From assembly GCA_030704615.1 (NCBI GenBank), contig CM060733.1, forward strand, positions 14,384,001 through 14,448,000: a stretch of 64,000 bases of DNA. Direction: 5' to 3'. Position 1 is the first letter of the stretch. Each line of letters starts with the position of its first letter. Below are positions 27,157 through 39,106 of this stretch, one piece after another. The DNA comes from Takakia lepidozioides (Eukaryota > Plantae > Bryophyta). The position numbers and the translations under genes were made by a program. Below the pieces are notes generated by a model. That model searched no databases and had not been told where the DNA came from. It was given only the letters and a program-made list of their open reading frames with translations.

Positions 27157-28059
27157 TCCCCCGTTCCTGGGTGGTGTCCCATTTCTACGCCTCATGGCGA
27201 GGTTACTGTGAAAGAGGTTATTTTTCCTCTCACTATAAACTAAGGGGCCTGATTTGTGAGCTGTCGCTCCCAGTGTTTCCCTTAATTAAGAAAAAAAAGA
27301 AGAAAAAGACAAAAAAGAAAAAACTGTTGTAGACCTGAATTGGTGATGGCAGTCTGTAATGTGGGCCAAAAACATTCTGTGCAATTTGACCTCTCTGAAT
27401 TTAAGAGAGAGGGAAATTTGGAAATTTCTTTGTTTGGGGATATTTGGAAGGAGGACGAGCAATAGGGAGGTAGGAACAGGTGAGCAACGAGAAGAAGACA
27501 TGTGTTCTGACGTCATTTGGGGCTATGGACACGTGGCTGAGACCAAGCTTGGGAAGGGTGGAGCAGACAGGGCCTGCCTGGGGTGAGTGTACAATACTTA
27601 GTAATAAAGGAGGGGAGGGTTGTGCTCTGCGCCCCCCCCCCGCCCTCCAACTTACTATTTAACACCTACAAGGCATCCACTAATAATAATAATTATATAA
27701 TAACAAATGGAAACATGGAATACGAATCAGAAGATAATAGGAATAAAAAAAGGAATAATGTATCTTCAATACTAAAATAGAATTCGAATAGACCAGAATA
27801 ATAAGCCACCCAGAGTTGCGTGGGCCATGTATTTAGCAAAACGTTCCTCCTAGTTTGCCTTGACATCCCACCCAACTCCAACTTGGAAAGCGTTGTATTT
27901 TGTTTTTTTATTTTTTTTATTTTTTGATATGGAAACACATGGGAGCGACAGCTCACAAATCATGCCCCTTAGTTTATAGCGAGAGGAAAAAAATAACCTC
28001 ATTCAGAGTAACCGCGCCGTGAAGGCTTTCGCATGGGACACCACCCAAGGGAAGGGGGA
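27157..28059. mobile_element. Foldback/MULE-like element with ~125-bp inverted repeats
   Basis: 27157-27280 (TCCCCCGTTCCTGGGTGGTGTCCCAT...GTGAGCTGTCGCTCCCAGTGTTTCC) is inverted at 27931-28059. TSD not clearly identified. Confidence 0.75.
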
Positions 28060-28070
28060 AAAGAACATAC

Positions 28071-28785
28071 TAGTGTTGGACCAGTACATAGGTCTGGGGC
28101 GGGTATCAACTAGGGTAAGGATAATGGTATGAATGATCATACCAGGCTGTACCTGCAAGGGCAAGACCCGGCAATACCCTGGTGGGGTAGGATACATGGA
28201 CTTTAAAAAAAAAAATCTGGCGCAAACCAGACCGTGTGGGTATCACAGGTGTGTCCTTATGTTCCTACTTCTTTCTGCTTCCATTTCCCCAGCCTGCACA
28301 TTGCCAGCAGGTTATACCATGCATGTGCCGTTCCAGGGAGAGGATGCATGGGTACGGTTTAGGGTAGTTTTCATTAGGGATGTTACAAGATGCTAATATG
28401 TTTGAAGAGGAGTAGATGAAATGCAATGTGTTACTTTTTGCATTTCAAGAGTGATATAGAAGAGTTAGGGCCATTTGGGAAATTGAAATGGGCCATTTGG
28501 TCTATTTTATTTTTTGTTTTTATTTTATTTATTTTTATTTTTAAGAGTTAGAAAGAACTGCACTAGTGCAGTTGGTCTGGCATATACCAGGCTGGTATGA
28601 CTTTTAAAAATTTGTCTAATACCATACTAGTCTGATTCTCACTTTGTTACCAGACCATATACCATACCAAACTATCAAATTTACACATCATTTGATACCA
28701 GTACCATACTGGTTTAAATCATTCGACTCTACCCCAATACCCTTACCCTAGTGGTATCAAAAAACCATGATACAGTCCAACATTG
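28071..28785. mobile_element. hAT MITE
   Basis: TIRs TAGTGTTGGAC / GTCCAACATTG; perfect 8-bp TSD GAACATAC (28063-28070, 28786-28793); ATACC/GGTAT subterminal repeats. Confidence 0.88.
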
Positions 28786-28803
28786 GAACATACCACAGCC
28801 TCA

Positions 28804-28869
28804 AGGTAGCAGGATTTGACCCCAAAATCATCTGGATGGCACTGAGTGCACTGTCTAGCTGAGCTACCA
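28804..28869 (-). mobile_element. tRNA-derived SINE head remnant
   Basis: Reverse strand TGGTAGCTCAGCTAG (A box-like) ... GGGGTCAAATCCT (B box-like) at tRNA-like spacing; no intact cloverleaf. Confidence 0.5.
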
Positions 28870-29102
28870 ACTGTTGGTATTCCTGTAGTTATGTCACCAG
28901 GTAGGAGAAAGACAGCATGATATCAGCCAAGAGGCCTTTGTATTCTAGGCCAACAAAGAAGGTTCATTACCCATCTCCACTCGGCATGCAACCTTATGCT
29001 GGTTTGTGGTTTGTCCAAATAGGCTTCATTGGTACCTGATTTACAGTGGTTTGTAGCTCTGTTAATAGTTGATATTGCGACATCATAGCTCCATCGACCT
29101 TG

Positions 29103-29816
29103 TGTTAGAAACACTTACTTTGAGTGGATAGGTACAGTCAATCCTGGACTCGACGGGTATTTACAAGCGAACTTTTTAGTAGCCAGTATATATAGAAGGC
29201 GAGACTGGACACTCTTCAGTCTCGCCAACACAAGTTCAAGCTACTCTTGTTTCCAATCCCAGTAATCCAGTCTAGCTTCCAGTACTCTAGTCCAGTTTCC
29301 AGTATCTAGTACGCCAGTCTAGTTTCCAGCATTCCAGTATCCAAGTCATGTTCCAGTATCTTGCACTATTGTCCATTGTTATAAAGATCATCTCGATTCG
29401 TGTATACCCATCATGCATTCGGCCACACCGACTTTGACTTCTTGTCTAGTCTTCTACCTCTAGTCTGATCTCTTAATTATTTTTAATATTGGTCAGCTCG
29501 ATCCTAGTAGGTAATTCAATAGATTATACGATTAAACGGTCATAAAGTCCCTTATAGCATGATCAAAGAGCAACCTATATCAATTTTTGTAATATTTATA
29601 ACTTATTCATATCATCTTAAAAAATTATGCTGCAACTCTTGGAGTGTGTGGGACCAGTTTGTCGTTAATCCTTGATTGATTCTAAGATTGGATTCCAAAT
29701 TCATGTGACCAAGAGCAGACTTGAGCTTGCACTGTCGGTCATAGGGCATGATACCTTATGTGAGATCTCAAGATAAACGTTCGGATCTGTTCTGGCACAA
29801 TGTGCCGCCTCTAACA
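29103..29816 (+). mobile_element. Probable solo LTR
   Basis: TGTTAGA...TCTAACA terminal inverted heptamer, internal TATATATAG, short CCAGT(A/T) tandem repeats. Flanks CCTTG vs CCTGT are only a partial TSD match. Confidence 0.5.
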
Positions 29817-30217
29817 CCTGTAGTAAATACTCAAAGGGGCAGTGTGCCATCCATGTTTATGAAAGGCCAAGATGAGCAGGGGGTGGTGTACTGGTCACTC
29901 GGTCACTTGTTACCTAATCGATTGGTCTGGGTACCTGTCATGGTATAATATAAATTCTATTATATGAACAGTTGGGTAGGGGAGGGGTCCGTTGGCACCG
30001 ACAATGAGATAGGGATTCCTTGAACAAATAAATTTCAGGGTAGAGCTGTGCCAAGCTGCGACACGGGTAATTGGGGCATATGCATGGTAAGAGCAGGGGG
30101 TATTGTGTGGTCCAGTGACCGATCTTAGTTTGGATTGGGGATTGGTATGGAATGAGTAGAAAAAAAAACCCCGCTAGAGCAGGATCCACGGTTATTGGGG
30201 TGATATGTATGCCAGCG

Positions 30218-30276
30218 AGGTGAAGTGGCTCTTAGTTACACCGGCAACGTCCTCTCTCTCTCTCTCTCTCTCTCTC
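30218..30276 (+). mobile_element. Extremely 5'-truncated LINE 3' end with (CT)n tail
   Basis: Perfect 10-bp TSD TATGCCAGCG (30208-30217, 30277-30286) around ~34 bp of unique sequence plus a CT run. The unique part loosely resembles the LINE 3' end at ~50055-50090 (..TGGC...CGGCAA(A)CGTC). Confidence 0.65.
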
Positions 30277-31063
30277 TATGCCAGCGGAAATACATATAAT
30301 GGACGGACATAGGGTTTTCCTGCGTTATTAGGGTCTAAATGGTGTGTAAATATAAATTTAAACATGCAGAAAGAGCTTGAAAAAGAGAAACCGAAAAAAA
30401 AAACTTTGGCAAAAACCCAAGTTTCGCTTGCAAAACCCAATTTTTGGGTGGTAAATGGGGATGTTGTTCACAAATGTTTGTAAAAATTCATATATTGGAT
30501 TTTTAATGCCACATTGGTTTGCTGACCTTTGAGTTCTCGCAAAAACATTTGTGGTTGTTTGTGTTCATCTGAGTTCAACTTTAGTCAATTAATTTTGTCG
30601 CATAAGGACAGTTTTCATGATAATTAATTTTTTCGCGTGGGCGCCAGTTGGTTTCGCTACTGCATATTCTTAGGATTTTAGAGAGAATAGGAAATATGCC
30701 TATCATGCTCACACGCTACCCAGCCTCGTTTAGATTCCATAGTTGGAGAGTGTGAATCAAAAGCTCTCCTACCATAAGTCTCCAAAGAATGAAAATAATG
30801 TAGGAGCCAACAGCAAGTTCCATCAAAATTGACTCTTTCGACTTTTGGATCAAATTTGGGACCACCCCCTACCCTTGGCCCAAATCTTGCTTCCACTGAA
30901 ACGACGTGTGAATTTTGTGTCTTGGCTGCTAAACGATTCAGATTTGTTTCAGACAAGGTATTACAAGTACCACTACAAGTGTTTGAGGGTCAAATATACG
31001 ACATACATTTGGAGAGAATACTTTGTAGTCAGTGGTGTGGTGTTGAAAGCAGACTTGAGTGAG

Positions 31064-31849
31064 TCATTCGAGGTTAGTGTGGCGAGCCCTCATGCTTTCC
31101 GCGGTTTCACCCAATTGTGTGCGCAGCAAAAACACAACAATCTCGAAAAGTAGGAACATGGCGCCTTCGTAGACGCTACCCATCGGTAGAATCTTGTCTT
31201 GTCCTTGCTGCTTGGCATCCACATGAGCTTCCCCTAAGAATCCTGTCGATCCTTCGCCAACTTCATCGTCAGCCATAGTTTGCGCTGATAAGTAGATTAC
31301 TGTGTGCGCGAGGCTGGGGGCCTTCCCTGCCGGTTGTGCTGTCACCACCACCACCCTCGCATCTGCACTGCAAGGAAATCTTCAGTAACAACGAGAAAAT
31401 TGTATACCAGGAAAGAGGAAAAATGGAACATGTCGAGTCCCATATTCACAATCGGAGAGAATTTCTAAGCTGGAGACCTGTGTGAACTTGGGTGGGCTTG
31501 GTACTCGTGAAATACCTGCGTTTCGGGCGGTTGTGATGAGCGCATTGACACTGCTGAATGACCCTGGTCCAGCGCTTGCAATGAAAAGGTCACCTTTGCC
31601 AGCCGGCGGGCAGCTCATGTCTCCCAAACAGTGAGCATTCAGCCCTAGATGGTACAAGCGCATCGTGAACGCACGCATCATGAGACCCTCTCGTCCTACT
31701 CCATGAAGCACAATGCGCCCTTCTTTTGCCCGAACAATTTCCTCTACAAGGTCTATTGCCGGGTTTTTGTCAACATTTTCCCCTGGCTTGAACACTTGTT
31801 GGAGCTCTCCAACTACTTGTGCTACCATGGACGCCAGACTTCCAGCCAT
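31064..31849 (-). CDS. SIS-domain sugar isomerase, 6-phospho-3-hexuloisomerase (HxlB/PHI)-like; exons 31849-31516 and 31362-31064
   Basis: IVLHGVGREGLMMRAFTMRLYHLG, GDLFIASAGPG, LPMGSVYEGAM and C-terminal MRARHTNLE are typical PHI motifs. One GT-AG intron in phase. Confidence 0.93.
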
Positions 31850-32702
31850 GGCTGCATGTACAGCCTTGCCGCAATTCTACTGTCTCTGTCCTCGCAATAC
31901 GAAATCTCCTCCGAAATCAGCTACACTGCACATCGTATCAACTCTTTCCTGCCTAGCTTCCTTTCTCTCACGACTTCGTTCACTTGAGGCATCTGCATGC
32001 TCAGTCCAGCCCGGTTGACAATCTACTTAGAATTTGGCCATGGCAGGACGGTGTAAGAAGGGATAAGAATGCGGAACTGCAGGGGGTTCAGAAATATCAA
32101 CTTCCACGTGCATACACTGAGGGACTTCATCCTATCAAGATTGCAAAAGAAATGAAACTACATCATATGAAAATTGATAACGTCCGTGGAAAGCTCAAAG
32201 AGCTTATGGGACGAGAGATACCAGAAAGCTCGATAAGGACCCAACACAAGAGACCCCGAAACAACAATTGACAGTCAGGGGTAGGCCTAAGAATGAAAGC
32301 TTCGTGCAGATAGGCAACTAAGCATTTCTGATCCTCATCGTGGAAGACCTCGGTATCATAGTGACGGAGAAATATTCCAACAAGTGATTTGGTGTTACCT
32401 GGCTACCATAGAACGTAATTCAGACAGTGCAAGCCTCTCGACCAAGCACAAAGATTCCAGTGTGGGAATTACTCCATTATGTGCAGGATGTCGGATCCAT
32501 TTGAAGCTCAAGCTTCAATCTGGACAGAGCACAGGTGTATCTAACTTCAACTTTCGTAATGATGCTCCGTAGCAAAATGAATCGAAAACTCTGGAATATG
32601 TCGACGCAACTTTTGTAGTCTAACGATTGTAAAATCCAGTTGAACGAGCAGAAAAGCTCTCTCTCTAGTTTTCTTGTTCTTTTTGTTTAAAGAGAATGGG
32701 GA

Positions 32703-33056
32703 ATATTGAAGTTATCCGTACAGTCATCTTGAGTTTGGGCCCCACTTTGGATCTGTACCTAGTGTTTCAACCCCACTTTGAGTGCAAACATAAAGTCAGC
32801 CAAACACAGTATGAGATAGCCAAACACGGTTCGAATTTGCAGCAGTATGAGTCCTGCTAGTCTATCAGCAACTCTCCATTTGTCACCCCCCTGCAGCTCG
32901 GCAAAACCCAAACTGGGAATGAAACTAGTCTGACCCCAAGTTTTGATGATGAAAGCAGTTCCATTCTGTGTTTTTTCTCTTTGTATTAGTTTGAGCCCCA
33001 GTTTTGTAACTCGTCCCCTATTTTGGCGGTGGTACTTAAACGGATAACTTTAATAT
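32703..33056. mobile_element. Small MITE-like element
   Basis: Inverted termini ATATTGAAGTTATCCGT / ACGGATAACTTTAATAT; internal CCCCACTTTG-like repeats; TSD uncertain. Confidence 0.5.
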
Positions 33057-33344
33057 GTAAAGAAAATGTGCATCGCAATCTGCATGGAAAACTGAGCATG
33101 AGAATATGATGTGGGAATGTTGCACTGAGACACAATTGCAAATTCAGAGCTTCTCAAAATGTGTCAAGAGATCACTCATCACATTATTCTCAAGATATTT
33201 ACCTCAATGAATTACTATATCGGATAAAGAAGATGACAGCGAAGCATATAGGTTTGAAATAATCTAAATTGAACCCTGCATCTCGGAAATCCAGTTGTTG
33301 CATAATGATCAGTGTACCAATATTTTGAACGGTATGTCCAAAGC

Positions 33345-33425
33345 CTCCTCCCGCGCCCTTGCTGTGCATATCCTGCAATCATCGCACTCCACGACACCAC
33401 ATCTTGTTCAGCCATGAAGGTTCCT
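33345..33425 (-). pseudogene. PLS-class PPR motif fragment
   Basis: FMAEQDVVSWSAMIAGYAQQGRG is a canonical PLS-PPR motif; single isolated motif with no continuing ORF similarity. Confidence 0.75.
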
Positions 33426-34719
33426 AGGGAACAAACGCGACGTTTGATAGTGAACCAATCCTTGATACCTTGTGCTAGGCCCCGTAGCAGCAACGTACTG
33501 GAGTAGTGTGTACACCTTCTACATGATCCAATCAATGTAAAGTGCTCTTGTGGCTGGTCTACTATAGCCAATGCCTTGTGTCAGAATTAGAAAACCTGAA
33601 AATGAGAGCCTTAAAATTTTTCATTTGTCTCTCTGTCTCTCTCTTTCTTGCGTTTATCTGGATGGTGGCTAAATTTTTGGTAACACCACTTAAAGAAGTG
33701 CCTCATCCTGTTATTCTGTTAGGATCTTTTTGCCTAGAACGGAACGGGATGATTGGGAACGGAGTAGCTCTCCCTAGGTCCTAGCTTAAAGCAGCCGTCC
33801 TACATGGTCAGGAAAGAGGCTCCCCTATAATGGTGTTAGATGCCCTAGCTCTCATTTGAAAGATACTCACCTCAGCACTTTATGGCTTCAAGCAAGTTAC
33901 TCACTTAGGCACTTTACTTTCAAGTGTTGATAAGTATGACAACACATGGCTGAGTGCTGCTGTAACAGCGTGAGCAATGCTTTGCCTTGCTGATGTACTG
34001 TTGCAAGAGCTACTACCAATGCTACCGTCTATATTGACAGAGCTGGACCATGTCCACATGTATGATGTCATTAAACAAAATAGGACTAGATCCAAGTGAT
34101 CTAGGAGTGAACAAGTCTTGACATGACTAAATCAAACTCTCCTTTTCTAGCAATTTGATCACATGAATGGCATATGCGGCTGCTAGGGCAACTTGGACTT
34201 GCCACGAAGATATAACAGACAACCGACTGATCCATAGCCTTGAAGGAAGCTAAAGCAGAAGTTGATTTTGGAAGTGCCCTTACATTTGCTGCTAGATGCA
34301 CCCGTGCTGCTGACCCTTCATGGATTTCACCTCATTCAATTGCCCTTGATTGCAACAAAATATTGAGCTCATCCCATGACTGGTTATACATATTGCCAGA
34401 GGCACGAACCGTTGTGCCTCAAAGACAATCCAAACAGACAGAGAGAAAAAAAAAAGGAAAAACCTATGGAACAACCAAACAGAGAGGGACAGAGAAAGAA
34501 ACAAGAGAGGAAAACACTACAAACACCCCGAGTGACCAAAAGAAAGTGAAGGGACATCTTGACTAAAAGAATGTGATTTCTGAGGGATGGTGGGGGCCCA
34601 TCTTTGACTAAAAGAATGTCACCGGGCAGAGAAACCCATCTAAACCTACAGTTACAGCTCGCCAAGGAAGAGAATTAATGATAGCTATGGAAAAGGGTGG
34701 AAAGAAAGCACACCTGAAT

Positions 34720-34868
34720 CGTCAGAGCTGCATCAGGGCCATAATGTGTGATGTGTCCACCTCTCACAAATTGGCACAGCTCACATACGCACGTACTCTT
34801 CGGCTGTTCTGGAAGCATTCTGCTGCTAGTATGTGCTTCTGGATTGCTTCATCCGCAGTCTCCACTTA
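34720..34868 (-). pseudogene. Fragment of 5-formyltetrahydrofolate cyclo-ligase (5-FCL)
   Basis: Reverse strand reads ETADEAIQKHILAAECFQNSRRVRAYVSCANL*EVDTSHIM, matching plant 5-FCL (..AIQ..VL...WF..S.RLCAYISC..LREVDTS..I) with an Arg-to-TGA stop; ends at a CAG|GT donor. Confidence 0.72.
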
Positions 34869-35511
34869 CAGGCACTGAAGCTGGAGAAAACGTATTCCTG
34901 ATTTAGCTAGGGAAAGAGAGAAATTAAGAAAGTGGCAGGAATATTTGAGACGTTGTAAGGCCACAACACTTGCCACAACTTTGAATCACATAGCCTTTAA
35001 ACCTGGATATGAGCGCAAGAGCAAAAACCTCCTACATATTCGATTGCCAAATCATCAATAGATTCCCAACAAACAAAAGATAAACGAGCGTCGACCAATT
35101 GTTCTTCATAAGACGAGAAGCAATTTGTGTCGAATATAAATTGCACAGCGATGAATGCAGAAGACAGACACATGTGAGCAGACACCTCCTTGTGATGAAC
35201 ACTTTGGAGCTTTCACAATTCTAGGGTTTAAAAACAATTCTCTAAGTAACTGAAAAACTGGCAGTGCTTCCCCTGAAGTAGCGTTAATAAACATGAAACA
35301 TTTCTCCAGGGCCACTGTCCCCTGTTGCCAGAAAAAAAAGGAAAAGAAAAAGGTTCCCAGGCAGGGGAACAAAGCAATAATGGCCGACTCACGTTAGGGC
35401 AAGAGCAGAGCAGGGGCAGCAGAGCATTGACAAGATGGCTATGGCGAGAGAGGGATGAGGTTCTAGGGTTAGTAGGCAGGGCCTTGTCTGTTGTTGGAGC
35501 CTGCACATACC

Positions 35512-38500
35512 ATGGCTTCCGTAGACACCTCCTCATCGGCAACTCTTTCTGGTCCCTCTTTAATGAAGAAGCAAGATCACTTGCTAGCAGGACGGCGAAG
35601 GCTTGAGAAGTTCAAGCAGAAGAAAAATGAGAAGGTGAAGAAAGCGACCTCCTCTGTAACTAGCAAGCTAACGCTTCCCTCCGATGAGCTGCTGCTGCCT
35701 AATGCCATTGCGGACGGGCGATCCGTGGAACCAGCAGACGGTCGGCCGGAAAAGAGTCTGGAATCCAATTTGCAGGTTCCTGGCGATCGACATGCTGTGA
35801 ATGGTGGCATAGATGGTAGCGCGAGCGTGATTAATGTCGGCGTGTTCCAAGACGAGAGGATGGCTGTGCCGCCCTCTCTATCCACTCAATCGACTCGATC
35901 GATGGCTACGCCAGATTATCAATCTAATATACTCCTTATGTCAGATGCTAAAGTGTCTACTGAGGCTTCTCAGATCTCTGCACCTACGGTGTCTGGCGTG
36001 TCTGGAGAGCCGTGGACTAATGCCAACAGGTCAGATGCATTGTCTTTATTCAATGGAGATCCTCCACATTCAAATCGGAATGTAGCTGCCAATAATGTGC
36101 ACGTTGGGACAGCAGAGAAGAGAAGTTCGATGTTATCTCAGGCAGACTTGCCTACTTTTTTAGGTCAGCCATCCACTCCCTTCCAGCAGATCTCATCGAA
36201 TGGAAGTGATGTGGAGAAGGATCTGGATCCCAGGACCTTAGTCTCAGAACATTTTCCAACTTCTAAGCAGTTTAGGGCTCAGCAACCAACGGCCGCTATC
36301 AGTGCTTCAGGGACTCCATCGGATAGTTTGCGGGCCTATCCCTTTGCAAATAGCATCAAAGCAGAAGATCGCAATGGTCCTGGTGTTTTTTCAAGACTCA
36401 ACCCTAGTAGCTCTGTCAGTTTGGCAAACACTGCGCCCTTCAAGTTTGCAGCAGATGTGAGAATGGAACCGGATGTTTATCGGTCTGTAAGTGCACGGTC
36501 GCATAGGGTAGGGGAAGCGGAGAGGGACAATGTGTCGAAAATGGATACATTTACAAGTAAAGTGATGTCGGATCCGACAATGTCAAAACCACTCTCTACT
36601 GCGAGTCTATCAACACTAGCAGAAAGCTCTCCATCATTGCATATGCAACCGTCTGTTCGAGAAGAGGCATCTTTGCCCCCTCCTTTATTGCCATTAGCAA
36701 CAATTGCTGGTCTACATTCTCAAAAGGATTTGCAGTCTGCTTCAATTCCAATTCTTATGTCTACCTCTCTATCTCACCTCCTATCTGTGGGATTCACATC
36801 TTCTTCTGCATTGTCTAGTACTTCAGAACCTTTTTCATCCTCGTCATGGTCAACTAGGACAAGTGTACCTGTGCAAGACAATGGTTTTGCAAGTACTATT
36901 GGCTCTGGGTCAAAAGCCTATATGCCATTCACGTCATCCTCAACATTCGAGCCTTCCTCTGTATCAAACTTCCTACCATCTACCAGACCATCCTTTTCTC
37001 CCTCTGTGTTCTCTAACTTATCATCAACACGGCCTTCATCGTGGTCATTACAGCCAACTCCTTCACAAACAGCAATAACTGCAGTTGGAGGTTTCGGAAA
37101 TAGCATAAGAGCTAGTCTTCAGGATAAAGGTGAGGAGGCACAGAGCGTAGATTTGTCGCCAAGGTCGCCGTTTGCATCATCACCTCCCCTTTTCTCTAAC
37201 TACCAAAATGCCCCAAAGAGTGTCCAGACAAGTGAATATGAGGAGTTTGCATACCTTGAGCAGCACATCGAGGATTTGACTCAGGAAAAGTTCTCCCTGC
37301 AGCGGGGCCTTGATGCTGCAAGGACCCTGACAGAGTCTTTGGCACAGGAAAATTCAGCTCTTACTGAGGACTTCAACAATCAGGTATGGTTGCTATCACA
37401 ATATCAGCATGAATCAGTATCAATTCCCCAGTTTGCTTAACGTGGACCCGTTAGTTCTTGTTTTTTTCAGGCCTGGAGGGCTAGTAATCTTCAGTAATTT
37501 GTATAGCATCTCCAGGAAGAGGAGTGCCTGCGGTGCTGCAGTTGCACTGGTAAGGTTGTCCAGTTGCAATCTGTCTTATAGAAGTGCCTCACTCACTCGA
37601 CCGTTGTCATTAGTTAATTTTGTGTGGGTTGGGTTAGATCAGACTGCTTTTGGGGCTGGTGTCCTGGGCCATTGACATTGCTCATGCAAAAGCTAAGCTT
37701 GTCTGTGAGCTATACCTGCCACATTACAGGGTTAACTCTCCATTCCATTCAACCAGGTCATGAGCCATTTTTCTGGGGGTCCTCCAATAGTTGTTGTTAT
37801 GGACATTTCTGGCTGCACAAGGAGCACCTTTTTCCCCTAATTTGGTAATATGCTGTGTTCAGAGGCACACGTTTCTGTAGTTGTCTCCATTCACTTGCAC
37901 TACTTTACTTGCTTGCATTTTGATCATCAGGGGGCGTTAGTAAATCAACTTAAGGATGAGCTAGAGAGACTTAAGGATGAGCTACGGGATCAAGAGATGG
38001 TGGGAAAAAGCATGAGGGCGGAAAAAGATAAGGCTCAGCAAGAGAATAGTTCCGCAGTTGAACGCTCCCAGACACTGGCTGGTGAAGTCATCGTGCTGGA
38101 GAATCGGGTTCGCAGCTTGCGGTCCCATGAATTGAAACTGGAGAGGGACATGGAGTCACTGGCTTCCGAAGCAGCTTTGCAGAAACGACAGATGATGTCC
38201 ATGGAAAAGGACCGGACGCACTTAAGATCCATGGTGGATGCTTTGCAAGAAGAGAAGAGGCTTTTGCAGGCCCGCCTACGAAGGGCAGCTGTTGATGGAG
38301 CTCTTGATCATGCACGCATACTGTCAGCAGAAAACTCACTAGTTGCCCGTCAGAAGGATGGAAGTGCAGCAGATGCCTCAACTTCTATGGATGATTTAGC
38401 AGTAGAACCACTTTCCGCAGCAGGTCCAGGGGCGCTCTCTCCTCTAGATTCGCCGTCGCATACCTCATGGCAGCGTGCCCAACATCTAGATGACCAACAT

Positions 38501-39106
38501 TTGGAACAGGATAATGGGCATCCAAACTTCCTACCATCTGTGCCAACAGTGCCACTGATATCTCCTAGTCACTCCTTCTTACAGGCCCCTCTTCCCCCCT
38601 CTCCATTGTCTGGTGTCCGGTCTTCTTATTTTCTTCCCCCATCTGTTGCAGCAGCTGTGGCTGGACCTTCATCTTCCTCAGGTGTGACCATTGGAAGTCC
38701 CCGCAGTGGTGGCTGCCGGACCATCCACCTCCCTGCCTTGTCCTCTTCAGTTCCTGCCGTGGTGAGGACCATCGACAACATTAATCACATCATCACAGAG
38801 CTGGGGGATGAGAAGGAGGCACTCATGAAAGCCTTGAAGACAGAATCCAGGGGGGCGGCAGAGCTTAGGGCCATGAATTTTGATCTATCACATAAGTTGG
38901 AAGTACAGACACAGCGGCTTGAGCTAGCAGTGGCTCAGAGCATGGCCCGTGAAGGCAGGTCTGCTGCAGAGCTTGCTTATAGACCAACTGTGGATGCTCC
39001 TGACTTTGTTGATGAAGGGGATGAGGTTGTGGAGCGAGTGTTGGGATGGATAATGCGACTGTTCCCTGGTGGCAGTGCAAGACGGAATGGCACAAAGCGT
39101 CTTTGA
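35512..39106 (+). CDS. BLI: BLISTER (coiled-coil, PRC2/IRE1-associated protein); exons 35512-37383 and 37931-39106
   Basis: N-terminal AGRRRLEKFKQKK; FAYLEQHIEDLTQEKFSLQRGL...LAQENSALTEDFNNQ|G; LSHKLEVQTQRLEL; C-terminal DEGDEVVERVLGWIMRLFPGG. GT-AG intron in phase 0. Confidence 0.92.

Noticed and set aside
31064-31849. HxlB-like gene as a recent bacterial horizontal transfer
   Set aside because: It has a spliceosomal intron and this SIS family is already known in land plants; no partner HxlA is seen.
35222-35229. Telo-box TAGGGTTT upstream of BLI
   Set aside because: A single 8-mer, common in plant promoters and expected by chance.
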